Part shown: one piece after another, positions 1 to 8,248 of the stretch | Layout: each line of letters begins with the position of its first letter | Position numbering within the stretch: the stretch's first letter is position 1 | Assembly (NCBI GenBank): GCA_035266845.1 | Contig: DATFMP010000077.1 | Location: forward strand, 809-64,808 | Reading direction: 5' to 3' | From: a bacterium | GTDB lineage: Bacteria; SAR324; JACQKK01 | Length of the DNA stretch: 64,000 nt | Translations under genes and position numbers: made by a program | The notes under the pieces: model-generated | Databases searched by the model: none | Seen by the model: only the letters and a program-made list of their open reading frames with translations | What the model was told of the DNA's origin: nothing

Positions 1-791
1 CCGGGGATATCCATGCGCTCCAGGTGCAGCCATGCGGCCGCCCCCAGCACGACGAACCACGCCAGCGCCACGGCGAGGCCCTGGGTGAGCGCATCGTGCC
101 ACGAGAAGGGCAAGCCCTTGCCAAGCTGCTCCAGCAGAGCCAACGGACGGTGCAGATGGTACAGGAACACGTAGCGCCCGCTGCCGAACAAGCCAGCGGC
201 GGATTCCAGCAGCACGCCCAGCAGCACGGCGACGCCCACCGCCGCCCCGGAGTTGGTGAAGAACAGGCCCACGAGCAGAGCGAACGCGCAAAGCGGCAGC
301 AGTTGCAGGGCCGTCAGCGCTAGCCCCAGCAGCAGCGCCGGTGCGTACTCCGCGCGCGAGCGCAGCACGAGGCCCTCGCGCACCACATCGCCCCAACCCA
401 GGGTGAGCGCCACGATGCCGGCACCGAGCAGCGCCGCCACGGCCAGCAGCCCCCAGGCCAGCAGCACCAGGGCGGCGAGCTTGGCCAGGCACCAGTCCCG
501 GCGGCGCACGGGCAGCACGAGCACCGTCTTGGCGGTGCCCAGGGCGAACTCCTGCGCGAAGGCCATCGCTCCCTGCACCAGCACGATGAACACCAGCAAG
601 CGCAGGGCCCAGGCCATGCCATCGGCCCATAGCTGTGGCGCGCTGACGACGTCCAACACCGTCTGCGGCGGCGTCAGGGCCAGGGCCAGCATGCGGGCCA
701 TCTGTAGCCCCAGCAGCGCCACCAGCAGCAGGTAGGGATAGCGCTGGGTGACCAGCTTGAGCCCCTCCTGGCGCATCAGCTCACGGATCAT
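1..791 (-). CDS. ABC-2 family transporter permease (partial; C-terminus lies beyond the window start)
   Basis: Minus-strand frame from ATG at 791 reads MIRELMRQEGLKLVTQRYPYLLLVALLG... with multiple hydrophobic TM segments. The start overlaps (ATGA) the stop of the upstream ABC ATPase. Not in the ORF track because it has no stop inside the window. Confidence 0.6.
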   Translation of the reverse strand, partial: MIRELMRQEGLKLVTQRYPYLLLVALLGLQMARMLALALTPPQTVLDVVSAPQLWADGMAWALRLLVFIVLVQGAMAFAQEFALGTAKTVLVLPVRRRDWCLAKLAALVLLAWGLLAVAALLGAGIVALTLGWGDVVREGLVLRSRAEYAPALLLGLALTALQLLPLCAFALLVGLFFTNSGAAVGVAVLLGVLLESAAGLFGSGRYVFLYHLHRPLALLEQLGKGLPFSWHDALTQGLAVALAWFVVLGAAAWLHLERMDIP

Positions 792-1699
792 GGCTGCGCC
801 TCCCGGGCCGCGCCAGCGACGGCCAGTTCGCGGAAGCAGGCCTCCACGGCGGACATGCCGCCGCCGGCGAGGGACTGCTCCAGGATCAGCGCACCCTGCT
901 CGACGACGAGGGCGCGGTCGCACAGCTCGCCCACCTCGTCCAGCTGGTGGCTGCACAGCAGGGTGCTCACGCCGGATTCGCGCGCTAGCCCACGGATCAG
1001 GTCGCGGATCTGGCGCTGCCCCACGGGGTCCAGCCCCGCCGTGGGCTCGTCCAGGATCACCAGCGGCGGCTCGTGCAGAAAGGCCGCGGCCAATCCCAGG
1101 CGCTGCTTCATGCCCATGGAGTACTGCCCGAAGGCGACGTCCGCCCGCGCCAGCAGGTCCACCCGCGCCAGCAGCGCCTCCACCCGCTCCGGCGCCACGC
1201 CCAGCAGCCGCGCCACCAAGCCCAGGTTGCGCCGTCCGGAAAGCTGCGGGTAGAAGCGCGGAGCCTCCACCACGGCACCGATGAGGCGCCGGTGGGCCAC
1301 CGTCCGCAGGCCCAGGATGGGCTGGCCGCGCAGCCACGCCGCGCCCCCGCTGGGACGGATCAGGTTGCAGAGGATGCGGATCGCCGTGGACTTGCCCGCG
1401 CCGTTGCGGCCCAGGAAGCCCAGGGTCTCGCCCGGCGCGATGGAGAACGAGATGCCGCGCAGGGCCTCGAAGCGCCCGAAGCGCTTGCTCAGCGCCTCCA
1501 CACGCAGGATGGCTTCGGATGGGCTCACGGCGGCAGGCCTCGCAGTAGGGCCGGCGGGCGACGCGCGATGCACATCGGGCCCGGCCACCGGCCGCACCAC
1601 GGTGCGAAACTGTGCGCTCCGCCCCGAGGCTAACAGACCGCATGAGGTGGCGCAAAGCGCGCCCTTCGGGGCGTCCGCACCGCGGGGGGCACCGGCCAT
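788..1699 (-). CDS. ABC transporter ATP-binding protein (exporter-type NBD)
   Basis: Walker A GFLGRNGAGKST, signature LSGGMKQRLGLAAAF, Walker B LVILDEPTAGLD. The true start is probably internal (GTG near 1528, before ILRVEALSKRF). Confidence 0.85.
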   Translation of the reverse strand: MAGAPRGADAPKGALCATSCGLLASGRSAQFRTVVRPVAGPDVHRASPAGPTARPAAVSPSEAILRVEALSKRFGRFEALRGISFSIAPGETLGFLGRNGAGKSTAIRILCNLIRPSGGAAWLRGQPILGLRTVAHRRLIGAVVEAPRFYPQLSGRRNLGLVARLLGVAPERVEALLARVDLLARADVAFGQYSMGMKQRLGLAAAFLHEPPLVILDEPTAGLDPVGQRQIRDLIRGLARESGVSTLLCSHQLDEVGELCDRALVVEQGALILEQSLAGGGMSAVEACFRELAVAGAAREAQP

Positions 1700-1794
1700 T
1701 GTGTCCTGCGGGCCGCATGCGCTAAGAGTGAACTGCGGGGGGCTGTGGCCGACCCCCGGCCAGCCGCCCCGGCCACCTAGCGGAGCATCGCCCC

Positions 1795-2985
1795 ATGGAC
1801 GTCAACGAGACCCCGGAACTGGCAACCTTCCGCGCCGAGGTGCGCGAGTGGATCGAAACCCGCGTGCCCCCGCAGCTCAAGGGTCTGCGCCAGTCCATCG
1901 TGCAGGGCCCCGGGCTGAGCCACGAGGAACTGCAGCCCTACAACGAGGCACTGGCGGACAAGGGCTGGCTGGCTCCGCACTGGCCCAAGGAGCACGGCGG
2001 CGCAGGCTTCACCATTCCGCAGCTGGTGATCTTCAACGAGGAGTGCGCCAAGGCGGGCGTGCCGGACCGGCATACGACGGGCCTGGACATGCTGGGGCCA
2101 ATCCTCATCAAGTACGGCACGCCGCAGCAGCAGGAGCAGTTTCTCGATCGCATCCTGCACGATCGCATGATCTGGGCCCAGGGCTACTCCGAGCCCGAGG
2201 CGGGCTCCGATCTCGCCGGCCTGCAGCTTCGCGCCGAGGTGCGCGACGACAGCTTCGTCCTCAATGGGCAGAAGATCTGGACCTCCAAGGCCCACAAGGC
2301 GGATTGGGTGTTCCTGCTCTGCCGATCGGACCCCAAGCCCAAGCGCAAGCAGGAGGGCATCAGCTTCATTCTGTGCGAGATGAACACGCCGGGCATCACC
2401 GTGCGCCCGATCGTGACCATGGACGACTTCACGCACTTCTGCGAGGTGTTCTTCGACAATGTGGTGGTGCCGCGTGAGAACCTGGTGGGCGAACTGCACA
2501 AGGGCTGGGAGGTGGCCAAGGCCCTGCTGGGTCACGAGCGCTTCCTGCACCCCACCTCCAACCCGCTGCTGATCCGCAACGCCATCAACAACCTGAAGTC
2601 CGTGGCGCGCGAGACGCCCGTGGGCAACGGCGTGGCCTGGGACAATTCCGACCTGCGGCGGCGCGTGGCCGCGCTGGAGATGGATTGCGACGGCCTGCTC
2701 TACACGCGTTACCGCAGCCTCACGCGCATCGAGCATGGCGCCGCACCGGGGCCGGAGACGATGATGTTCAAGCTCTTCGGCGCGGAGATGATGCAGCGCA
2801 TCATCGAGCTGCACCAGGAGGTGGAGGCCCAGCAAGGCGTGGTATGGGATGATACGCCCCAGGGCAACGGCCCGGGAGAGACGGCCCGCCACGCCACCAA
2901 CATCCGCGCCGCCACCATCCGCGGCGGCACCTCGGAGGTACAGCGCAACATCATCGCCAAGCGAGTGCTGGGGCTGCCGGACTAG
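1795..2985 (+). CDS. acyl-CoA dehydrogenase family protein
   Basis: 396 aa. Motifs GYSEPEAGSDLAGL, NGQKIWTS and C-terminal IRGGTSEVQRNIIAKRVLGL are typical of ACADs. ATG at 1795 with a GGAG upstream. Confidence 0.9.
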   Translation: MDVNETPELATFRAEVREWIETRVPPQLKGLRQSIVQGPGLSHEELQPYNEALADKGWLAPHWPKEHGGAGFTIPQLVIFNEECAKAGVPDRHTTGLDMLGPILIKYGTPQQQEQFLDRILHDRMIWAQGYSEPEAGSDLAGLQLRAEVRDDSFVLNGQKIWTSKAHKADWVFLLCRSDPKPKRKQEGISFILCEMNTPGITVRPIVTMDDFTHFCEVFFDNVVVPRENLVGELHKGWEVAKALLGHERFLHPTSNPLLIRNAINNLKSVARETPVGNGVAWDNSDLRRRVAALEMDCDGLLYTRYRSLTRIEHGAAPGPETMMFKLFGAEMMQRIIELHQEVEAQQGVVWDDTPQGNGPGETARHATNIRAATIRGGTSEVQRNIIAKRVLGLPD

Positions 2986-2988
2986 ACT

Positions 2989-3070
2989 CTGTTTGAAAAA
3001 TGGCGTTTCAAGCGGCTGAGCCGCTGCAAACCCACAAGAAACCCAAGGCGGGGGCCGAGAGCCCCTGGCC
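2989..3070. repeat. GC-rich structured intergenic repeat, copy A (GGCTGAGC ... AAACCCACAAGAAACCCAAGG ... GGGGGCCGAGAGCCCC hairpin)
   Basis: Directly 3' of the ACAD stop. Shares the modules GGCTGAGC / GAAACC(C)ACAAGAA / CCAA / GGGGGCCGAG(R)GCCCC with copy B at 4744-4798. Preceded by CTGTTTGAAAA, which is inverted relative to CTTTTCAAAACAG at 4909-4921. Confidence 0.4.
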
Positions 3071-3323
3071 GCAGTGCCGTTCAGCACCAGAAGACAGCCC
3101 AGCCCCCGACCCGACTCGCAGCGGCGCAGTGCGGCGCACCCCGTTGACCGGTGGTGGCCCGCACGGATGCCTACGACGCGGCCCCGCCTTCTTCCTCTCG
3201 TGCATCGGCGAGACCGAGGGTCGCGAACGGCTGGTGCGCCACCTGGAGACCAACGGCTTGCGCCAGGGCGGCAACTGGCTGCGGTTCCTCTGATGCACCA
3301 CAAAAGCCCTTCAGAAGCACCGT

Positions 3324-4436
3324 GTGGCGACACCGTTGCCAGCGGACCCCGCCATGCCGTATACGGGAGCGAACCCACCGCCTTCAACTCTGCGCGATCC
3401 AACCCTCATGCTTCTCTGGCCCCACAAGTACATCCGTGCCTCCAAGGCTGCGCGCGAGCGGCTGGCCGGCCTGCGCGCGGAGGACGTGCGCAGCGTGGCC
3501 GTTATCAAGCACGCCGCCCTGGGCGATCTGGTGTTGGCGCGGCCGTTCCTCACGACGGTACGCAAGCACTTCCCCAACGCCAGCATCACCTTCGGGGCCA
3601 TTGCCAACTACCTCAACGGCGTGCCGGAGGATCTGGTAGACCGCGTGCACGTGGCCGCCGGGCAGTTCCGGCCGCGGCCCTCGTTCCGCACACGTATGCG
3701 CAGCTACCGCGAGTTGGGCTATCACGACCTGATCTTCGACATTACCGCATCCAGCGCTTCGGCGTGGATCACACAGGTCAATCCGGCGCGAGTCAAATTC
3801 GGCTATCGGCACAGTCCGCTGGCGCCACTGCTCTACGACGTGACGATCCCCCGTGGCTTCATGAGCTTCGAGGCGGAGAACTTCCTGCACCAACTGGCGA
3901 TCCTGCGCATCCGCTACGACTGGCCGCTGGACTTCGGTTGGCCGGCACCGCAGCGTGCCACGGCGCCACCCTACCTGGTGTACTTCCCTACCGCCTCGGT
4001 ACCGGAGAAGTGCTGGCCCGCCGAGCGCTTCGGCGCGCTGCTGGGGCGGCTGGCCGAGGCGCTTCCGGACTACGAGCACCGCCTGCTGTATGGCGTGGCG
4101 GACTGGGAAGTGGAGACCGGCGACATAGCCCTGGCGGCCGCAGGCGAGCGACCCAACGTGCGCGCCGTGCGCGATGCCAAGGGAGAGGCATTCCACGCAC
4201 TGCTGCGGGGCGGCACGGTTCTGATCTGCAACGACACCGGCGTACGCAACCTAGCCATCGGGCGGGGGCTACCCACCCTGGGAATCTTCGATGCCACCAC
4301 GGTGGATACCTACCTGCCGCGCTTTGGTCACCACGATGCCGTGCACGAGCCCAACGGCGGATGGCCATCCGTGGATGCCGTCGCGGAGACCGCCCTGCGC
4401 ATGGTGAATGCGATCGCCCACGACCCCGCGCGCTAA
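3324..4436 (+). CDS. glycosyltransferase family 9 (ADP-heptose:LPS heptosyltransferase-like)
   Basis: GT9 N-terminal signature VAVIKHAALGDLVLARPFL and C-terminal LICNDTGVRNLAIGRGLPTLGIF. The real start is possibly ATG 3408 (MLLWPHKY). Confidence 0.8.
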   Translation: MATPLPADPAMPYTGANPPPSTLRDPTLMLLWPHKYIRASKAARERLAGLRAEDVRSVAVIKHAALGDLVLARPFLTTVRKHFPNASITFGAIANYLNGVPEDLVDRVHVAAGQFRPRPSFRTRMRSYRELGYHDLIFDITASSASAWITQVNPARVKFGYRHSPLAPLLYDVTIPRGFMSFEAENFLHQLAILRIRYDWPLDFGWPAPQRATAPPYLVYFPTASVPEKCWPAERFGALLGRLAEALPDYEHRLLYGVADWEVETGDIALAAAGERPNVRAVRDAKGEAFHALLRGGTVLICNDTGVRNLAIGRGLPTLGIFDATTVDTYLPRFGHHDAVHEPNGGWPSVDAVAETALRMVNAIAHDPAR

Positions 4437-4743
4437 GGCGTCGCAGCGCTTCGGGTTCCCGTGTCGGAGAGGCTCCTACGCGCGTGGATTTACACCAGCC
4501 ATGGCCTGCGCCGATCCACAAGCCAAGCCCATCGCTGCGCTGCTCAATAGCGATCCAGCCCTGCTTGCGGACGCTCTGGGGCGTCTGGCGGAGGCATTCT
4601 CCCCCGTGGACTGGCGCGAATCCGCCCATTCGTCACTTCGCCGACGGCCACTCCGAGACGGACCTGCTGGCCAGCCGCGCCCGCTACATAGCGCGACCAC
4701 GCGCGGAACGCCCGGCCAAGCTCAGTTTGGGAAGGGGTTCTTA

Positions 4744-4921
4744 GGGGGCTGAGCGGCTTGAAACCACAAGAATTCCAATGTGGGGGCCGAGGCCCCCCAC
4801 CCCCAATACGGACCTTGACCAAGGCCGACACGGTTCCCCCCACAAATGGGGGCCAGGGAACCTCGCTCCCTGGTGGGGTATGGGAGCAACGCCCCCATGA
4901 CCGACACGCTTTTCAAAACAG
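4744..4921. repeat. GC-rich structured intergenic repeat, copy B, plus adjacent nested hairpins
   Basis: GGGGGCTGAGCGGCTTGAAACCACAAGAATTCCAATGTGGGGGCCGAGGCCCCCC is homologous to copy A. It is followed by GGTTCCCCCCACAAATGGGGGCCAGGGAACC (7-bp + 3-bp stem) and CTCCC...GGGAG hairpins. It sits in the 490-bp gap between the GT9 and lactonase genes. Confidence 0.4.
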
Positions 4922-4924
4922 CGC

Positions 4925-5728
4925 CTAGCCCTTCGGGGCCACGTCCAGCCGCACCACCACGCCCTCCAGTTCCTTCTTCGGCGCCGGGTACTGCTGCAGC
5001 ACCAGCGGGTCGTGGCCGGGCACCACGTGCTGGGGCGATTCGGCCAGCCGCTTGAGCTTGGCCCAACCCTCCACCATCTCGCCCACGTGATAAACGATGG
5101 GGAAGGGCATGGCGCGCTCCATGTTTTCGTAGAAGTGGCAGGCGTCCGACGCCAGCACGAGCCAGCCGCGCTTCGTCTTCACCCGCACGCTCTGGATGCC
5201 CATCGTGTGACCGCCGATCAGGTGCACGCTCACGCCCGGGGCGATTTCCTCGTCGCCATCGTGGAACGCCACGCGGCCATCGAATACCCGCCGCACCAGG
5301 GTGCACACGTGATCGACCGTGTACGCATGCCGGAAGGGCTCCGCGCACATATGCCGACCCGTGGTGTAGTTCAGCTCTCGATCCTGGATGTGAAAGCGCG
5401 CGGCGGGGAAGTCGTCCAGCGTGCCGGCGTGATCATAGTGCAGGTGCGTCACCACCACGTCCTGCACCTTTGCCGCGTCGATATCCAGCATAGCGAGGCC
5501 CTCGCGGGGCAGCCGGGTTACGGTGCGGCCGCGCCGACGTCCTTCCTCCTTGTCAAAGCCGGTGTCCACCACAATCGTGCGCTCCTTGTTTGTGATGGCC
5601 CACACGAAATAGTCGATGGGCATTGCCGCATCGTGGTCGTCAGCCATGATGAAGCTGTCCTTGCGCCACCGCTGCTGCATCGTGCCGTACTTCACGGCAT
5701 AGACTTCATAAGTGTCCGAATCGCTCAT
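4925..5728 (-). CDS. MBL-fold metallo-hydrolase, N-acyl-homoserine-lactone lactonase (AttM/AiiB)-like
   Basis: 267 aa. Zinc motif HLHYDHAG (HxHxDH), plus downstream His/Asp ligands. ATG at 5728. Confidence 0.8.
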   Translation of the reverse strand: MSDSDTYEVYAVKYGTMQQRWRKDSFIMADDHDAAMPIDYFVWAITNKERTIVVDTGFDKEEGRRRGRTVTRLPREGLAMLDIDAAKVQDVVVTHLHYDHAGTLDDFPAARFHIQDRELNYTTGRHMCAEPFRHAYTVDHVCTLVRRVFDGRVAFHDGDEEIAPGVSVHLIGGHTMGIQSVRVKTKRGWLVLASDACHFYENMERAMPFPIVYHVGEMVEGWAKLKRLAESPQHVVPGHDPLVLQQYPAPKKELEGVVVRLDVAPKG

Positions 5729-5886
5729 GGGGCTGCTCCGGGCCTGTGGCTGGGGGGTCTGGCCGGCTGCACGGCCGGCGTCCGTGGCGCAACGCTAACA
5801 GGGAATGCGGTGGGGGGAAAGCGGTGCCCGCCGGACTGTGGGCACTTGCGGGAAGGCCACTATGGGCGAGGCCCGGGCTGGGCCGC

Positions 5887-7701
5887 TCAGCCTGCCTGCC
5901 GCAGGGTGGCCAGCAGGTCCGGGTCGGGCTGCCAGCGGCCCTCCAGCGACCAGCCTCGCTGGCGATAATACTCGGCCCGAGCGGCGCTGAAGGCCTGCGG
6001 GTCGATACCTTCCGGCTCGCCCTCCGCCGGTGCGGCGTGGGCACCGCCACCATTGGAGGCGGCTCGGTAGAAACGGGACGGCAGCGTGTCCTCCTTGGCC
6101 TGCCAGCCCTGGCGCTGGTTGAAGAGCTTCTTCAGATCGTGGATGGCCTCGCCGGCGGCGCGCAGGTCATCGGACGTGAACGTCTCACCCGTGAGCGCCG
6201 TCAGCATCTGCGCACCGTCGCCATACACGTCCGTCAGGGCCCGGCGCACGAACTTGCAGAGGATCAGCGAATCCAACACGGCGGCCTGGTTCTCCAGCTC
6301 GATCATCGCCGCCACACGCTTCGCGTCCAGACCGAAGCGGTTTACCGAGCCGGAGAGATCCAGATCGTAGGCGCCGCTCTTGTTGTGGTCGGCCCCGCGC
6401 GCACCCACGGCCAGCCCCAGCCCCAGAGTCTGCAAGCCGCCGGGATGATAGCCGGGCAACTCAAGGCCCTTCACGTGCGCCGCGAAGCCCTCGCTGCCCT
6501 GCCCGATGCGGCGTGCCAGCGCCCGCGAGCCCAGCGCCAGCAGGGCGCCCTCGTCTTCGCGGCGAGCGATCTTCGGCAGTACGGTCAGCAGCCCCTCACC
6601 ATCGCCGAAGCGCACGCCGGGCAGCTCCAGCAGCCCGCGCTCCACACACTCGGCGGCGAAGGCATACGTACCGCCCGTAGAGATGGTGTCCATGCCAAGC
6701 TCATCGCACATCTGCGAGGCCCGCAGTACCGTGTCGCGATTCCAGATGCCCAGCAGCGAGCCCAGGGCGAAGACGTTCTCGTACTCCAGGCGCGTCGTGC
6801 CGCCGTCGGGCCCCACATAGCGCTTCTCGCAGCCGATCATGCAGTCGCGGCAGGTGGCGCGCTCCACGCGCTCCCCCTCGAAGAGCCCCTCGGCGGAAAG
6901 CGATTCCGCACGCGCATCCTGGCCGCGGCTGAAGTTCTGCGTGGGCAGGATGCCGATGCGATTAAAGACGAGCAGGTTGCCCAGTGTGCCGGTGGTGCGA
7001 TACTTCTCCGTGCCCGGCCCCAGGCTGCGCTGCTTCAGGTCGCGGCGCAGGGCGTCCAGGCTGGACGCATCGGCCGGGCTGCAGCGCTCCGCACCCCGCA
7101 CGGCCACGGCCTTGAGTCGCTTGGAGCCGAGCACAGCCCCGGTCCCGCCTCGGCCCGCGTGGCGTCCATCGTGGGTCAGCGTGGCAAAAGGCACCGCGTG
7201 CTCGCCCGCGACGCCGATCGCCACCACGTCCCAGTCCTCGCCCCAACGCGCCTGGATGACCGCGGCCGCTTGGCTGGCGTCCAGGCCGCACAGATCCGGC
7301 GTTTCGCGCACCGTGACGGAGCCCGGTTCCACGAAGAGCGTGCTCCAGCGTTCGCAGGTGCCCGTAATTACCAGCGCATCGGCCCCGCTGCCCTTGCCCG
7401 AGACGGCGAACCCGGAGGAGAGCATGGCGTCGTTGAGCCGTTCCGTGAGGGGGGACTTGCTGACGACAGCAGCCTTGGCGGAGGTGTTCAGCGCGGTGCC
7501 CACCAACGGCGCAAAGGCGAACACCAGCGGCGCCCCGGGCGACAGCGGGTCGTAACCTTCGCCGGATTCCCGCAGCAGCAGCCAAGTGCCCAGGCCAATG
7601 CCGCCCAGGTAGCGCCGGTGCACCGCATCGGGTAGCGGCACGCGCTCCGCGCGACCCGAGCCCGCGTCAATGCGCAGGTAGTGGCCGTGGACGCCACGCA
7701 T
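5887..7701 (-). CDS. aldehyde:ferredoxin oxidoreductase (tungsten/molybdenum AOR family)
   Basis: N-terminus MRGVHGHYLRIDAGSGRAERVPL matches the AOR N-domain. 604 aa from ATG 7701 (verified). The longer track ORF upstream runs into the preceding gene. AOR-family blocks include CGLDASQAAAV, GIWNRDTV and ELGMDTISTGG. Confidence 0.85.
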   Translation of the reverse strand: MRGVHGHYLRIDAGSGRAERVPLPDAVHRRYLGGIGLGTWLLLRESGEGYDPLSPGAPLVFAFAPLVGTALNTSAKAAVVSKSPLTERLNDAMLSSGFAVSGKGSGADALVITGTCERWSTLFVEPGSVTVRETPDLCGLDASQAAAVIQARWGEDWDVVAIGVAGEHAVPFATLTHDGRHAGRGGTGAVLGSKRLKAVAVRGAERCSPADASSLDALRRDLKQRSLGPGTEKYRTTGTLGNLLVFNRIGILPTQNFSRGQDARAESLSAEGLFEGERVERATCRDCMIGCEKRYVGPDGGTTRLEYENVFALGSLLGIWNRDTVLRASQMCDELGMDTISTGGTYAFAAECVERGLLELPGVRFGDGEGLLTVLPKIARREDEGALLALGSRALARRIGQGSEGFAAHVKGLELPGYHPGGLQTLGLGLAVGARGADHNKSGAYDLDLSGSVNRFGLDAKRVAAMIELENQAAVLDSLILCKFVRRALTDVYGDGAQMLTALTGETFTSDDLRAAGEAIHDLKKLFNQRQGWQAKEDTLPSRFYRAASNGGGAHAAPAEGEPEGIDPQAFSAARAEYYRQRGWSLEGRWQPDPDLLATLRQAG

Positions 7702-7703
7702 GG

Positions 7704-8135
7704 CTAGCCCCCCACGGAGGCGCTGAAGACGATGAGGCGGTCGCCCGTTTGCAAGGCGTGATCCGGATCCGCGGTCACGGCACGGCCATTGAGGGAGAAC
7801 CGGTAATGCCCCTCCAACTCGTGGGGCGGGGGCAGCAGACGCTGTACCTTGGGACAAGCGGTGCGCAGCACCTGCAGGGCCTCGCCGATGGTGGCCGCGT
7901 GCAGAGGCAGCGAGCGGCAACCTGCCTTCAGGCGCAGGCCGCCGTACAGTTCCAGGATCACCGCAGGCCGAGCCCCATCGCAGAGCCCCAGGCGCACCAG
8001 AGCCGCGCGGCATTGTTCCGGCGTTTCCAATGGGGTTTCCGCCCCCAGGCGCGCCCGCAGCTCCGCCGACAGGCCCTCAAGGCCGGGCTGGGGCCGTGGC
8101 TCATCGCTGCGGGACTGCGGATGACTCATGGTCAT
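7704..8135 (-). CDS. MoaD/ThiS-like sulfur-carrier-fold protein with C-terminal Gly-Gly
   Basis: The C-terminus ...HYRFSLNGRAVTADPDHALQTGDRLIVFSASVGG* has the ThiS/MoaD pattern ending in GG. The stop is 2 nt from the AOR start. Start is uncertain (ATG 8135 or 8129; the ORF is open to 8312), giving a 143-aa protein with an ~55-aa N-terminal extension. Confidence 0.55.
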   Translation of the reverse strand: MTMSHPQSRSDEPRPQPGLEGLSAELRARLGAETPLETPEQCRAALVRLGLCDGARPAVILELYGGLRLKAGCRSLPLHAATIGEALQVLRTACPKVQRLLPPPHELEGHYRFSLNGRAVTADPDHALQTGDRLIVFSASVGG

Positions 8136-8248
8136 GGGATAGCGCCCCCCGATGCGCTGCTGGTCATACGTGCTGCGCCCCAGGTTAGTACGGGTCGCGC
8201 CAGGGGGCAATGCCGCGCGTATTGAGCGTTGGGCGTTTGGCAAGTAAC

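Noticed and set aside
3000-3293. 97-aa ORF between the ACAD and GT9 genes as a real gene
   Set aside because: It overlaps repeat copy A, has no RBS or start context, and its N-terminal two thirds are low-complexity. Only the last ~35 aa look protein-like, so it is more likely a gene remnant. It is noted inside the repeat finding rather than called as a CDS.
3074-4744. 556-aa plus-strand ORF spanning the GT9 gene in another frame
   Set aside because: Arg/Ala/Gly/Pro-rich low-complexity translation, typical of an open frame in ~70 % GC DNA. It overlaps the well-supported GT9 CDS (3324-4436), which has clear family motifs.
4744-5150. Possibility that repeat copy B is the 5' end of a genuine one-piece tmRNA (ssrA) gene
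   Set aside because: A ~360-nt tmRNA starting at 4744 would run ~200 nt into the lactonase CDS. No tag reading frame ending in ...AA-stop was found downstream, and no T-arm/CCA-like 3' end. The only in-frame small ORF ends ...HAFQNSA*. I kept it only as a tmRNA-like repeat.
5746-7635. 629-aa plus-strand ORF antisense to the AOR gene
   Set aside because: No recognisable motifs and an extreme Arg/Ala/Gly composition. The opposite strand encodes an AOR with conserved N-terminal and internal motifs.
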